In this document: positions 42,312-52,747 of the stretch, piece by piece
Layout of the letters: each line of letters opens with the position of its first letter
How positions within the stretch are numbered: the first letter of the stretch is position 1
NCBI GenBank assembly: GCA_963809485.1
Contig: CAWEJX010000007.1
Coordinates: 576,001-640,000, forward strand
Source: an uncultured Acidobacteriota bacterium
Lineage (GTDB): Bacteria; Acidobacteriota; UBA6911
Reading direction: 5' to 3'
Length of the DNA: 64,000 nt
Notes under the pieces: model-generated
Seen by the model: the letters and a program-made list of their open reading frames with translations, nothing else
Database searches by the model: none
What the model was told of the DNA's origin: nothing
Made by a program: the position numbers and the translations under genes

Positions 42312-43043
42312 ATGGAAAAATCTTTATCCAAACCGAATACCGGACGGCGCTCCTTTCTGTGGAAAGCGGGCGCAGCGATGACGGCGGCAGCCGCGGCCGT
42401 GGTTCCCGGCGTGGCAAAAAGCAGTGCCGGCAACGACACTGAGGCGGAGGCGCTGGCTCGCAAGTTGGGAATGCTTGAAGACGAAAAGGTCATCCGGGCA
42501 CTGCATCAGACGTATGAAGCACTTCTCGACAGCGGCAACTATGAACGGGTAGCCGGTCTGTTCAGTGAGGATGCTGCCGTTGTATTCAACGGCGGAGTCT
42601 TCAAAGGCGTGAACAGCGTTGCCCGGCTGTATCGGGACCACTTCGGCGCGGGTATGAGCGGAAAAAAGCTCGGTCCGGTGCCGGGCGTCGAAGCTGCGTC
42701 GGAGACCGTTACCGTGGCTGAAAATCGCCAGTTCGCCAAAGCCCGGTTCCCCTATTCCATCCAGGTTGGCGCTCCCATACAGTCCGATTCATCACTGGTG
42801 CAAATGGCGCGCCTGCAGGGCGAAGGAATCATGAAATGGTGCGAATGCGGAACCTATGAAATATCCTATGCCAGGTGCGGGAAGGAGGGAAACTGGAAGA
42901 TAACAAAGCTCGAGTATCGGGTTTCGTCGAAGACCGACTACAGGCCCGGCAGAGCTTATGCCGACCCGATTACCGTTCCTCAATTCGAAAAAACCTATCC
43001 TGCAGAGGCCACGGGTCCGGACAGCCTGATTTCTCAGGGTTGA
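42312..43043 (+). CDS. SnoaL/NTF2-like protein with Tat signal
   Basis: GRRSFLWK, LEDEKVIRAL...Y...LFSEDA, WKITKLEY. Confidence 0.8.
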   Translation: MEKSLSKPNTGRRSFLWKAGAAMTAAAAAVVPGVAKSSAGNDTEAEALARKLGMLEDEKVIRALHQTYEALLDSGNYERVAGLFSEDAAVVFNGGVFKGVNSVARLYRDHFGAGMSGKKLGPVPGVEAASETVTVAENRQFAKARFPYSIQVGAPIQSDSSLVQMARLQGEGIMKWCECGTYEISYARCGKEGNWKITKLEYRVSSKTDYRPGRAYADPITVPQFEKTYPAEATGPDSLISQG

Positions 43044-43057
43044 ACTCATTCCCATTC

Positions 43058-43109
43058 CTCCCCCGGATCACCAAGTTCCCGTATTCCGGGAGTTGGTGAT
43101 CCGGGGGAG
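43058..43109. terminator. Long GC-rich hairpin after the Tat-NTF2 gene
   Basis: CTCCCCCGGATCACCAA / TTGGTGATCCGGGGGAG is a perfect 17-bp stem; no U tract. Confidence 0.55.
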
Positions 43110-43261
43110 ATATTCGAGATTGCGCAGGTTAAAGCATCGGCGGATATGCTGGCTAGTAAGCCGCCGATCGGCGTCTCTACGGATGCGAGTTCGACGCCTC
43201 GCAAACAAAAAGAGAATGCAATGTTGTGCTATGATGGGCCAAATTTCCTTGAGGTGACCAG

Positions 43262-44662
43262 ATGGCGGCACAGACGGCAGGCAAATCGATTTATGAGCCG
43301 GGACGTGAGATAAAGGTTTTGAAAGAGGCCGATGTAGTCGTGGTGGGCGGCGGACCGGGCGGGTTCGCTTCCGCGATATCCGCGGCCAGATCCGGCGCCA
43401 AAACGGTCCTGCTCGAGAGATATGGTCATCTCGGTGGAATGGCCAGCGGAGGGCTGGTCAACATCTTTCCGAATCTCAGCGACATCAGCGGGAAGCAACG
43501 CATCTTCGGGCTCAACCAGGAAATCATCGAACGGATGAAGGCCAGGAATGCCGCTTTCAGCCCAAACAGCGAAGACTGGGGAACCACTGACAGCAAGGTG
43601 ATCGAGTATTATCTGAACGCTAATATGGGATGGTTCTATGTGCGCAAGGATCCCAACATCGGAGGACGGGAGAGGCTGCTCTATAGCGCTGTCCTGGATC
43701 CTGAGGTGCTCAAAGCCGAGCTCAACGAGATGATGGCGGAAGCGGGGGTCCACCTGCTGCTCCATTCCTGGGGAACGCGCCCGATAATGGAGGGGAACAC
43801 GGTCAAAGGAGTTTTCTTCGAAAGCAAGTCGGGCCGGCAGGCGATACTCGCAAAAGTCGTCATCGATTCCACTGGGGACGGGGACATGTTTGTCGCGGCG
43901 GGGGCGGAGTTTGACGACGAACTCCCGAGCACCATCCGGACTGCTCTTGCTTTCCCGTTCTGGATCGCCAATGTCGATGCAAACAGGCTGCAGGATTTCC
44001 GTAAAACGCATCCGTCGAAATACGCCCAACTGATGCAGGATCTCAAGGAGAAGGGTGGCCATTCCTTCTTTTTCCATGGGCTTCTGAAGAACCAGGAGGG
44101 AGTGCTCTGGTTCCACCCGATGTTTGTTCAGGAGACGGCTTCGGATGCCATGGATGTCGAGGAACTTACGCGCATCGACAGGATCGGCCGCAAAAAAGCG
44201 CTGATTACCTATGAGTTCCTGCGAAAAAGCGTTCCCGGCTGTGAGAAGTGTTTCATCATGCAGGCGGCGCCTCAACTGGGAACCCAGGGCGGCCGGCGCG
44301 TTATCGGAGAGTATATTCTCAGCCCCAGGGACATGGAATCGGACGAAATATTCGAAGATACGATCGTGGTTTTGGCCAATAACGACAACGGTGAGATATC
44401 CGCAAAACATCCTTCCATCTGCATTCCATACCGATGCCTGGTGCCGGTCAAGGTTGACGGGCTTCTGGTTGCATGCCGTGCATTCTCGTCGAAAGCCAGC
44501 GTCAACCAGTGGTTCAATATCATCCCGCCCTGCATTTGCTATGGACAGGCCGCCGGAACGGCTGCGGCGCTCGCGGTTCAGGCGGGGATTCAGCCGCGCA
44601 GGGTCGATTACAAAGAGCTGCAGGCAAACCTGAGGAAGCAGGGGGTCCATCTGCCGAACTGA
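43262..44662 (+). CDS. FAD-dependent oxidoreductase (FAD_oxidored family)
   Basis: DVVVVGGGPGG, ERYGHLGG, IDSTGDGD, IPYRCLVP, GQAAGTAAA. Confidence 0.92.
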   Translation: MAAQTAGKSIYEPGREIKVLKEADVVVVGGGPGGFASAISAARSGAKTVLLERYGHLGGMASGGLVNIFPNLSDISGKQRIFGLNQEIIERMKARNAAFSPNSEDWGTTDSKVIEYYLNANMGWFYVRKDPNIGGRERLLYSAVLDPEVLKAELNEMMAEAGVHLLLHSWGTRPIMEGNTVKGVFFESKSGRQAILAKVVIDSTGDGDMFVAAGAEFDDELPSTIRTALAFPFWIANVDANRLQDFRKTHPSKYAQLMQDLKEKGGHSFFFHGLLKNQEGVLWFHPMFVQETASDAMDVEELTRIDRIGRKKALITYEFLRKSVPGCEKCFIMQAAPQLGTQGGRRVIGEYILSPRDMESDEIFEDTIVVLANNDNGEISAKHPSICIPYRCLVPVKVDGLLVACRAFSSKASVNQWFNIIPPCICYGQAAGTAAALAVQAGIQPRRVDYKELQANLRKQGVHLPN

Positions 44663-44721
44663 AAAAAAGCCGACCACGTCTACGTCAACGAAAAACCGTG
44701 GATCAAGCTGGTCTCTGGGTG

Positions 44722-44975
44722 CTATGGGAGAGATCTCAGGATTCCCGTAACCGCCGAAATCGGTACATCTGTTTCCTGTCCCCATTGAGTTGCCGTGAAG
44801 GTTCCGGGCGAATTACTCGGCAAGATGTACCAGACTCCGGTGCCCGGTCTCCAAACAGCGATATCCAGCTTCCCATCACCATCGAAATCACCTGGAGTAG
44901 GGATATCCCCCGAGTTCCCCCAATAGGCGCCCTGATACGTTCCCGGGGCGCTCGTCGGCAGGATGTACCACATCC
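44722..44975 (-). pseudogene. FG-GAP/VCBS repeat C-terminal fragment
   Basis: DIPTPGDFDGDGKLDIAVWRPGTGVWYI. Confidence 0.75.
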
Positions 44976-45210
44976 CGGTCGACGGGCACAGGGATGTCGG
45001 AAGGCAGACCCCTAATCTGCAGGGAGATCCCCCGGGTGCTTCCGTCGTTGAGTGTTGTTGGGATTAACCTAAAGCTTTTTAGCACAGAATATTATAGCCG
45101 GTTTTGAGCCCACCGATTCTGACCTCGCGTTAAAACGAACATAAGTGCTTTGCTCAGAATTGGATAAAGACAAACCGCCAACAGCAGATTGCGGAAGCAC
45201 CCCTATATCG

Positions 45211-47389
45211 CTATCGATCCTCCTCCGGCAGATTCATCAGCTTAGCCAACTCTGACCATCGATGGCTGGACCGAAGGGACATTAACGCCATCTGACCGGC
45301 GCTTGGATGGCGTCGCTCAATTAGTGTCTCAAAGCAATCCGCGACTTTGTCAATTTCTCCGCAAAGGTAGTAATAGCCGGCCAGTCCATTGGGAGAGTCA
45401 TATCCAGCGCCAGGCATGAGTTCATGAATCAGAGCTTCAGCCCTAGCTGTTTCTCCCATACATTTGAGAATGCCTGCCTTCCATCCAATTATCCAAGGGA
45501 AAACAGGTGATGCTTTTTCGACAACAGAGTATGCCTCCTTCCACCTCTTTTGGCGTGCATATGACCCAGCCAGAAGCCAGGACGCCCATGGATGACCTTC
45601 CTGTAATTCCAAAATCTTCTCCGCTTCCAGCTGTGTATCCTCTACCCTCCCAGAGCAATAAAGAGACATGGCTAGTGTTACGCGGGTCAAAACATTCAAC
45701 GGATCTTCTTTGAGTCCCATCTTTTGTTGTTCAATTGCCTCCTCTATCCGGCCTGTAAGCAACAAATAAAAGAAGCCATACCAGGCGCGCACTCGAGGTG
45801 GCACAGGATCCTGAGCCATTGCCAGACGAAATCGCCGGCCCGCCTCTTTCCAGTCGTAGTCATAGGCAGCAGCAACAATGCCCAATATGGCCTGCGCCTC
45901 AGATAACGAGGGATCCGTTTCCAGGGCTTTCCGGGCTTCTTCGCGCACGATTGGCATTGCCTCACGCGCCGGAACGTACTGCGCTTCTATTATTTCCAAA
46001 AAGTGATCCGCGAGTCCGCAATGTGCCAGTGCATAGTTCGGATCCAGTGAAATCGCCTGCTCCAGATATTTTTTTGCTTGCGCCACAGCCTCCGGGTTGA
46101 GGTTCCCCCAGAGATATCGAGCCTTAAGGTAGGCTTCGTGAGCTGCAGCATTAGGTTTATAGTGCCGTCTCATCAAGGTCGCTGAGAGCTTTACTTCAAG
46201 AGCGCCCGCAATTGCTGCTGCAATTTCATCCTGAATCGCAAATACGTCTGTCAAGTCGCGGTCATAGCGCTCCGACCATAGATGGCTTCCATCGGCGGCG
46301 GTGATCAATTGTGCTGTGACGCGGATCCGATTCCCGGCTTTTCGCACGCTCCCTTCGAGGATGTTGCGTCACGCTGAGCGCCTCGGCGATCTTGCGGATG
46401 TCTTGCTCTTTGCCGCGAAAGGCAAACGCCGAGGTCCGCGCGATCACCTTCAGAGCCGGGAATCTGCGCCAGAGCATTGATGATCTCTTCCGCCAGCCCA
46501 TCGCTGAAGTATTCCTGCTCCTTGTCGCCGCTCATGTTGACGAACGGAAGCACGGCAATCGAGGGCTGCGGTTCGGCGGCGCTGACGTGTCGCCTTCTCC
46601 GCCGAAGACCTGTTCCAATGCCGTCTTGACCTCCGACATCGTCTGATAGCGCCCCGAGGGCTGCTTCGCCAGGCACCGCCGCACGATCTTTTCCAGCGAG
46701 GGAGATGCCTGCAGTGGAGGAGGCTCATCCTTCAACAATGCCGCCATGATTGCAGGAGTGCTGTCGCCGGAGAACGCTCTCCTCCCGCTCAGCATTTCGT
46801 ACAGCACCAGCCCGAAAGAGAAGATGTCCGAGCGCGCATCCGCCGGCTGGCCTTGCGCCTGCTCGGGCGACATGTAGGCGACGGTTCCGAGAACAGCTCC
46901 CGCCTGCGTTGCCGGGAAATCCGCCGTCGGCGATGTGGAACTTGATGCATCCTGCTCGTAGAGCTTCGCCAGGCCGAAGTCGAGCAGCTTCACCGAACCC
47001 TCGTCGGTGACCATGATGTTTGCCGGCTTCAGATCGCGGTGGATGATGCCTTTCTTGTGCGCCGCTTCGAGCGCGGTGGCGATTTGAATTGCCAGGCGCA
47101 CGGCTTCCTTTTCAGGCAGAGGGCTTGAGAGAGGTTTGCCCTCGACATATTCCAGGACGAGGTAATCCGGACCTATGTCGTACAGCTGGCAAATATACGG
47201 ATGGTTCAGCGCCGCAATGGATCTCGCTTCCTGCTTGAATCTCTCGCTGTGCTGCTCCTTGACCTTCTTGATCGCCACGATGCGGCCCAGGCGCGTGTCC
47301 CGCGCCTTCCACACTTCTCCCATCCCTCCCGCGCCGATGGGCGCGAGGATTTCGTAAGGGCCGAGTTTGGTGCCGGGTGCGAGTGTCAT
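45211..47389 (-). CDS. Ser/Thr kinase with TolB_N-like and TPR domains, broken by clustered frameshifts (pseudogene or sequencing errors)
   Basis: Kinase [11 protein letters not shown] in 46532-47389; SIAVLPF...YFSDGLAEE in a second frame; VIARTSAF in a third segment; [13 protein letters not shown] plus TPRs in 45211-46347. Confidence 0.85.
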
Positions 47390-49968
47390 TTCTTCAGCAG
47401 GGAGGTCCAGTTAGAGATGACGTTGAGTTGAGAAGGGGAATCATAGAACTGCTGCAGCACAAAACGCTGACCGTCGGCGCTCACATCGTAGAGCGTACAT
47501 TCTCGAACGGAATTGAAGATCTTCGCATCGAACAAGGCAACGGGAGTCCCGAACGAGCACTCTTCCCCCAGTTTGGAAGGAACTGCCATCATTTTTCCGT
47601 CGGCCCCAACATAGAACAACTCTTGTCCGTTGCGCCGCCACCTGGGATCCGAGCCTCCGCTCATGCTGACTTTCCGCCGCCCGCTGCGAGAAGGAAATGC
47701 CTGTACGTAGATCTCCGGCTGCCCGGATTCGTCCGAGCTATAGGCAATCCAACGCCCATCGGGCGAAACCTTCCCCTGTGCCTCGCTGAACTCCGAGTCG
47801 GCGACCGGAAACGGCTTGCGGTCTCCAAAAAGGGGCAGCGCCCAGAGGTCCATGTTCGTACGCGAATCATCGTGCCTGTATATAATGAAGCGGCCGTCCG
47901 CTGACCAGTCCGTGGGCCTGGCTTGCATATCAAGCAACTTCTCCTCGCGTCTGCCGTCCATGGAAATCTGAAACAGCCCCGAACGTGAGAACGCGATTCG
48001 CTTGCCGTCCGGTGACCAGACTGGATGTTGATCCCATTCGGGATGGCGCGTCAGCGGTTCGTCAATTCCCCGGGATGTATCAATCAACCAGATATCTGTG
48101 CTGGCAAATTCCTCTTGATAGTATGTAGCTGCAATCAGGCTGCCATCCGGCGAAACCGCTGGCTGACTAGATGCGGCATACGCAGCGCTGATCTGCCTTC
48201 CATCGCGACCCACCCAGATCAGGGGGGTACTAGAAAATCCGATGCCGCTGCGATACACGAGAAGATTCGTTCTCGAAACTGCGAAAGCAGCAATTCCTGA
48301 GCGAATACTATAAACCCCTTGGCGTACGATGGTAACCGGATCGCCTTCGGCCTTCAACCGGTCCGGATTGAAGTGCTGGACGAGCAGGTCTCCAGCGCGT
48401 GAAAACACCAACCATCCAGGGTCTGCGAATACTGCGTTCAGGAGCCCTCCGACCACCCGAATCCGTACGTCCGAATCAAGCGCCCCAATGTAGACACCGG
48501 TATTTTCGGGACGCGTGCTGTTGGTGGTAAACAGAAAATGTTTTCCGTCGGGCAGGAAAGAGGGGAGTACATGAGATGTTTCCTGTCTATTTTTGTCGAT
48601 CGCAGTGACGGCAACGGGTCTCCCGCCGGAGGCTGGGATTCGATGCAACGGGCCGCTAGCGTATGCAAAAAGAAGAACGTCGTCTGAATTCCAGGTGCCA
48701 CCCCGGAAGAGCAGAGTGCCCGGAAGATCACACAAGGTTTCGGGATATCCTCCGGAAACGCTTACCTTCTTTACTTTGCCTCCCGCGCCAAATCCGATGA
48801 ATTGGCTGTCGGGCGACCAGAATGGATATAAAGCGTCCTCCGTGCCCTGAAGCGGACGGCTCTCCAAACCATCGAGCGGTCTCACAAATAGGAGGTACTT
48901 CCCTTCGCTTTTGCCAACAAACGCTATATAGCGCCCATCGGGTGAGACACAGGGCAAGGCTTGGGGCGTCATCTCCGGAGTATCCACCCGGAACCACATT
49001 CTCCGGTCATCCTCGGCGGCGGGGCGGCTGCGAACAAGCAGAGTTACCGCTGTGGCCAATGCGATAACCAGCAGCGCGGCAATCGCGGCCCAAGTTCGAA
49101 GGAATCGTGGCTTCCGCGCGGGCACAGATTCCGGCGGGCTCTCGACCCAAACCATCGCTTCCCCTATGTCCCTTAGCCGCTTCTTTGGATCTTTCTCCAG
49201 GCAACGGTGAAGCAGGGGACGCACTTTCGCCGGAACCGTAGCCAATTCCAGCTCTTTTGTCAGCACCGCCGCCAGCGTTTCCGTGACCGTCTCGCCCTCA
49301 AAGGCTCTCTTTCCGGTCAGGCATTCGTAAAGGATGCAACCGAACGCCCAGATGTCGGCGCGCTTGTCGACGGTTTTGCCTTTAGCTTGCTCCGGGCTCA
49401 TGTAAGCGGCGGTGCCGAGGATGACGCCCGGACGCGTCATTGCCTCGGTGAGCGTTGGCGATTGCGAGGAATCGATGCTCTGCCTTTCGTCCGAGAGCGC
49501 TTTCGCCAGGCCGAAGTCCAGGATCTTGACCTTGTCTCCTTCGGAGATCATCGCATTGGCGGGCTTCAGGTCCCGATGGATTACGCCCTTTTCATGCGCG
49601 GCTTCCAGCCCTTCAGCTATCTGGCGGCATATTCCCAGCGCATCTTCAACGGGCAATGGTCCTTTGCTCAGCGTCTGCGCCAGCGTTTCGCCTTCGACAA
49701 GCTCCATCACGATGAAGCGTTTTCCTTCTGCCTGTTCGAGCCCGTAGATCGCAGCGATGTTGGGGTGATTGAGCGACGCCAGGAGCTTGGCCTCGCGCTC
49801 GAAGCGGGCCATTCGCTCGGGATCATCGGCGAACGCATCGGGCAGGAACTTCAGCGCGACCTTGCGGTCAAGAGACAAATCATCGGCCACGTAGACCTCC
49901 CCCATACCGCCCTTGCCGAGCTGGCTGGTAATCTCATAATGTGCGAGTGTTTTCCCGATCATGGACAT
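47386..49968 (-). CDS. Ser/Thr protein kinase with TM segment and TolB/PD40 beta-propeller
   Basis: [26 protein letters not shown], one TM helix, repeated (W/V)SPDG motifs; 860 aa. Confidence 0.95.
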   Translation of the reverse strand: MSMIGKTLAHYEITSQLGKGGMGEVYVADDLSLDRKVALKFLPDAFADDPERMARFEREAKLLASLNHPNIAAIYGLEQAEGKRFIVMELVEGETLAQTLSKGPLPVEDALGICRQIAEGLEAAHEKGVIHRDLKPANAMISEGDKVKILDFGLAKALSDERQSIDSSQSPTLTEAMTRPGVILGTAAYMSPEQAKGKTVDKRADIWAFGCILYECLTGKRAFEGETVTETLAAVLTKELELATVPAKVRPLLHRCLEKDPKKRLRDIGEAMVWVESPPESVPARKPRFLRTWAAIAALLVIALATAVTLLVRSRPAAEDDRRMWFRVDTPEMTPQALPCVSPDGRYIAFVGKSEGKYLLFVRPLDGLESRPLQGTEDALYPFWSPDSQFIGFGAGGKVKKVSVSGGYPETLCDLPGTLLFRGGTWNSDDVLLFAYASGPLHRIPASGGRPVAVTAIDKNRQETSHVLPSFLPDGKHFLFTTNSTRPENTGVYIGALDSDVRIRVVGGLLNAVFADPGWLVFSRAGDLLVQHFNPDRLKAEGDPVTIVRQGVYSIRSGIAAFAVSRTNLLVYRSGIGFSSTPLIWVGRDGRQISAAYAASSQPAVSPDGSLIAATYYQEEFASTDIWLIDTSRGIDEPLTRHPEWDQHPVWSPDGKRIAFSRSGLFQISMDGRREEKLLDMQARPTDWSADGRFIIYRHDDSRTNMDLWALPLFGDRKPFPVADSEFSEAQGKVSPDGRWIAYSSDESGQPEIYVQAFPSRSGRRKVSMSGGSDPRWRRNGQELFYVGADGKMMAVPSKLGEECSFGTPVALFDAKIFNSVRECTLYDVSADGQRFVLQQFYDSPSQLNVISNWTSLLKK

Positions 49969-50059
49969 GAAGTCCCTCCGGGCAAAGATTGACCTGATAT
50001 GCTGACTGGTGATTCGTTGGGCTGATTATAAGCTGCTAATGCGGATGTCGATAGGGAAA

Positions 50060-50105
50060 TCCTAGACAACAAAAAGGCCGCCCCGGAGAGCGGCCCTTTC
50101 CTGAT
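50060..50105 (+). ncRNA. Second Acido-Lenti-1-like hairpin (or terminator of the 50154-50450 gene)
   Basis: CTAGACAACAAAAAGGCCGC-CCCGGAGA-GCGGCC-CTTTC; similar core to 13437-13480. Confidence 0.4.
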
Positions 50106-50153
50106 CGAGCCTGCAACTTTGTCGGGGGTTCTGACTCTCAAGTCTGTTGTTGA

Positions 50154-50450
50154 TTATTCCGGCAGGGCCTTAGTGGCCTTGTTGACCTCATCAATCGTCA
50201 TTATCTCTTTGGTTGTGAATTTGACAAAAGGAACCCATCCTGCGGTAATGGCGTGGAGACCCACGGCCTTTCCTTCAGTAATTATATATCCGGTCATCTC
50301 CCCGGCGAATGCGCCCCATTCCTTGACGATGCCCTCCTTGAGCTGTTTCTTGACCAATTCCTGAAAGCCCAAGAGTAGGGCTTTCTTCGTCTTGGGATCC
50401 TCCGGGATTCTGCTTGCATCAACTTCCCAAAGCACCATATATCTGGCCAT
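50154..50450 (-). CDS. Hypothetical protein (DUF3303-like small alpha/beta)
   Basis: AAGGAG RBS; MARYMVLWE...KEWGAFAGEMTGY. Confidence 0.7.
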   Translation of the reverse strand: MARYMVLWEVDASRIPEDPKTKKALLLGFQELVKKQLKEGIVKEWGAFAGEMTGYIITEGKAVGLHAITAGWVPFVKFTTKEIMTIDEVNKATKALPE

Positions 50451-50499
50451 TGTCTTACTCTCCTTCACTGCAAATGATTGGTTTGTTTTTACAGCCAAC

Positions 50500-50892
50500 T
50501 CATGCTTCCTGTTTAGGCCACTTCCATGCGTACCAGACGATCAGGAGGATCACAACAAATGCGAACACGATGTCGATCAGACGGATTGTTGGTAGTCCTG
50601 CAGCGGCATATCCGATAAATTGGACGATAAAATAAACGGCAAAGAGTATGCCCAAGACCAGATTTGTCCAGCGATTTGCCGGATCCTTCAGGGTCAGGGA
50701 CAACCAAGCCATGATGAAGGGAATGAAGAAGAGGACTGCGATAATCGGCCTCGTTCCCGTATCGGCCTGTGTTTCCAATAGTTCCTTAATTGTTCCCGGG
50801 CTAAGTAGGCCTAAGAAAATATAGGCCGAAAAATTCACTGTCAAAATCAACCACAACACCGCAATTCTTGTCTTCCATCTCAGTAATTCCAT
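50500..50892 (-). CDS. Four-TM membrane protein
   Basis: AGGAGG RBS; four hydrophobic segments, ANRWTNL, IVWYAWKWP. Confidence 0.75.
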   Translation of the reverse strand: MELLRWKTRIAVLWLILTVNFSAYIFLGLLSPGTIKELLETQADTGTRPIIAVLFFIPFIMAWLSLTLKDPANRWTNLVLGILFAVYFIVQFIGYAAAGLPTIRLIDIVFAFVVILLIVWYAWKWPKQEA

Positions 50893-51318
50893 AATCAGCC
50901 TCCTTGTTATGGCTATTGTTCCCGGTTCGTTGCTTTCGTGAATTTTGCATTCGCACACTACCACTCGACCACAGAGATGCCTCCAGACGCTTTTGAGGAG
51001 CTGCTGCCTGTTATAGTGATTGTGTATTTGTTGCAATATTCCTATACCCATCTGCAGCCATAGTCAACAAAACTCTCCCAACCTATAGCCTCGCGGAAAG
51101 GCTAGCCAAATATTTGCACTGCATTTATAGGGAGATGTCTGCCACAGAGAGATGGGAGGGGAAGGATGGGACTATTGTGGAAGGGTAATCCTGTTATAAC
51201 AAAATTGCGCTGACAGCCTTTTTTGTCGCACTCTCGCTGAAAATGTACAGCCAATGCAGGTGATAATTGAGAAGATGGAGGCTCCGTCTAATCGGAGCCT
51301 CCCTGGATCCCTTGTCGC

Positions 51319-51522
51319 CTAAAGCTTTTTTACATTCTGAGCCTGCAACCCTTTTTCGCCTTTGGTCACATCAAATTCAACGCTATCGCCCTCATTGAGT
51401 GATTTGAAGCCCTCCCCCTGAATGGCGCTGTGATGGACAAAAACGTCATCCCCAGAATTGCGACTGATGAAACCATAGCCTTTATCGTTATTAAACCACT
51501 TCACTGTTCCTTGTTCTCTCAT
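51319..51522 (-). CDS. Cold-shock protein (CspA family)
   Basis: [24 protein letters not shown]; 67 aa; hairpin GGAGGCTCCG/CGGAGCCTCC just downstream. Confidence 0.97.
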   Translation of the reverse strand: MREQGTVKWFNNDKGYGFISRNSGDDVFVHHSAIQGEGFKSLNEGDSVEFDVTKGEKGLQAQNVKKL

Positions 51523-52159
51523 TTGTTTTCCTAAAGTAATTCCTCCCTGCGGAGAAGGAAGGATGTGTTGGGTGTGCCTCTCCTAATTTCAGTAGCCGCA
51601 GGCTTTGGGGGGCAAGAATAAAGCTGCATTCCCGTTCAGAAATTTGCAGCTTATTTAAACAACAAAACTCTCACAAAACCTGAAGAGCTAATATTATAAA
51701 CCGCCTTGGATTATTTAGTCACTTCGGTGGATAGGTTTGATCCCCTTGGTTTGTTTCTTGGATTGGGGCCGATTGGTACTTGGTGTGATTTTGGTACCTT
51801 CGCCTGCCCGGGAAATGAACAAACTCAGCCCTGTCCCATTGGAAGCCGGACAAGAATTCGTGGTATCGGATTTCATTGGCAACCCAATGCCAATAATTTG
51901 AGAATCCCGCATACCGCCAGTTGCCGCACGCGGAATACGGGCTAAAAAAATTGTGATTGTGCATATGTTGATTGGGACCCTGGAATCAGGCCCTACCCTG
52001 GCAAGAGCTCGGACCTCCGGGGGGGGTATTGACCGTGCCCGTGACTTTGCCTATGGCGGTCAAAAAATACCCTATTTCACCCCGCTCCACCCAACTTTGT
52101 GTATCGGGAATCTATTTGATAAATCAAGCATTTACAGCAACTTGGGGTAGTGCCGGATC

Positions 52160-52219
52160 GGACTTAAAATCCTGGGCCTGGCAGCGGGCGTGGGGGTTCG
52201 ATTCCCCCCCTCGGCACCA
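52160..52219 (+). repeat. attR-like 3' fragment of tRNA-Leu ending in CCA
   Basis: Anticodon arm through acceptor stem present; 5' half absent. Confidence 0.9.
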
Positions 52220-52747
52220 ACGAAACCCGCGTTGGACAAGCGTTTGCAGGCACTCGACCTCTTCTGCCATATCCTAGAAATACCCTCAAAATGCCCTAGT
52301 TGTGTCCGAAGCTGTGCCCGCGAGAATCTCGGCGTAACCAACTGCAACCAACTGAAGCCAAAATAGAGATAGATTTCATGTAACATATCATCACCGGCAT
52401 CCGTCGTTAAGCTCTTCAAACCAGTTCAAGACGATGTTGAATTTCCGTAATTGCAGATCTTGGCAGGTGCGGATAGTTGACATATCATTCCCTATTAGAA
52501 GCAGGAGAAGGAATCGTATCGGAGAACTAGTCGAAGCTGCGGCTTATACTTCTATGCACTGTACGCGGGCGCAAACGTGGGAACTAATCGATTGTTCGGC
52601 CGCGACCCATTTGCCCGCTCGATGCCCCGCCAGGCCGTGTCTGTCGCTGCACGGGGAATGCGGAAGAACCGATTTGAGTCCAACAAACTCGACGCAGTCT
52701 GCGATCTAAGTGCTGGAAACGGGCTCCGAACGTCGCAGGACGTAACC

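Larger units (their letters stand above)
33598..52219. mobile_element. tRNA-Leu-anchored genomic island or prophage remnant (~18.6 kb)
   Basis: 58-nt direct repeat 33598-33655 / 52160-52217 with 3 mismatches; phage-type replication genes at the left end. Confidence 0.8.

Noticed and set aside
52141-52219. Second complete tRNA-Leu
   Set aside because: No D arm or properly positioned 5' acceptor strand; it is an att-type 3' fragment.
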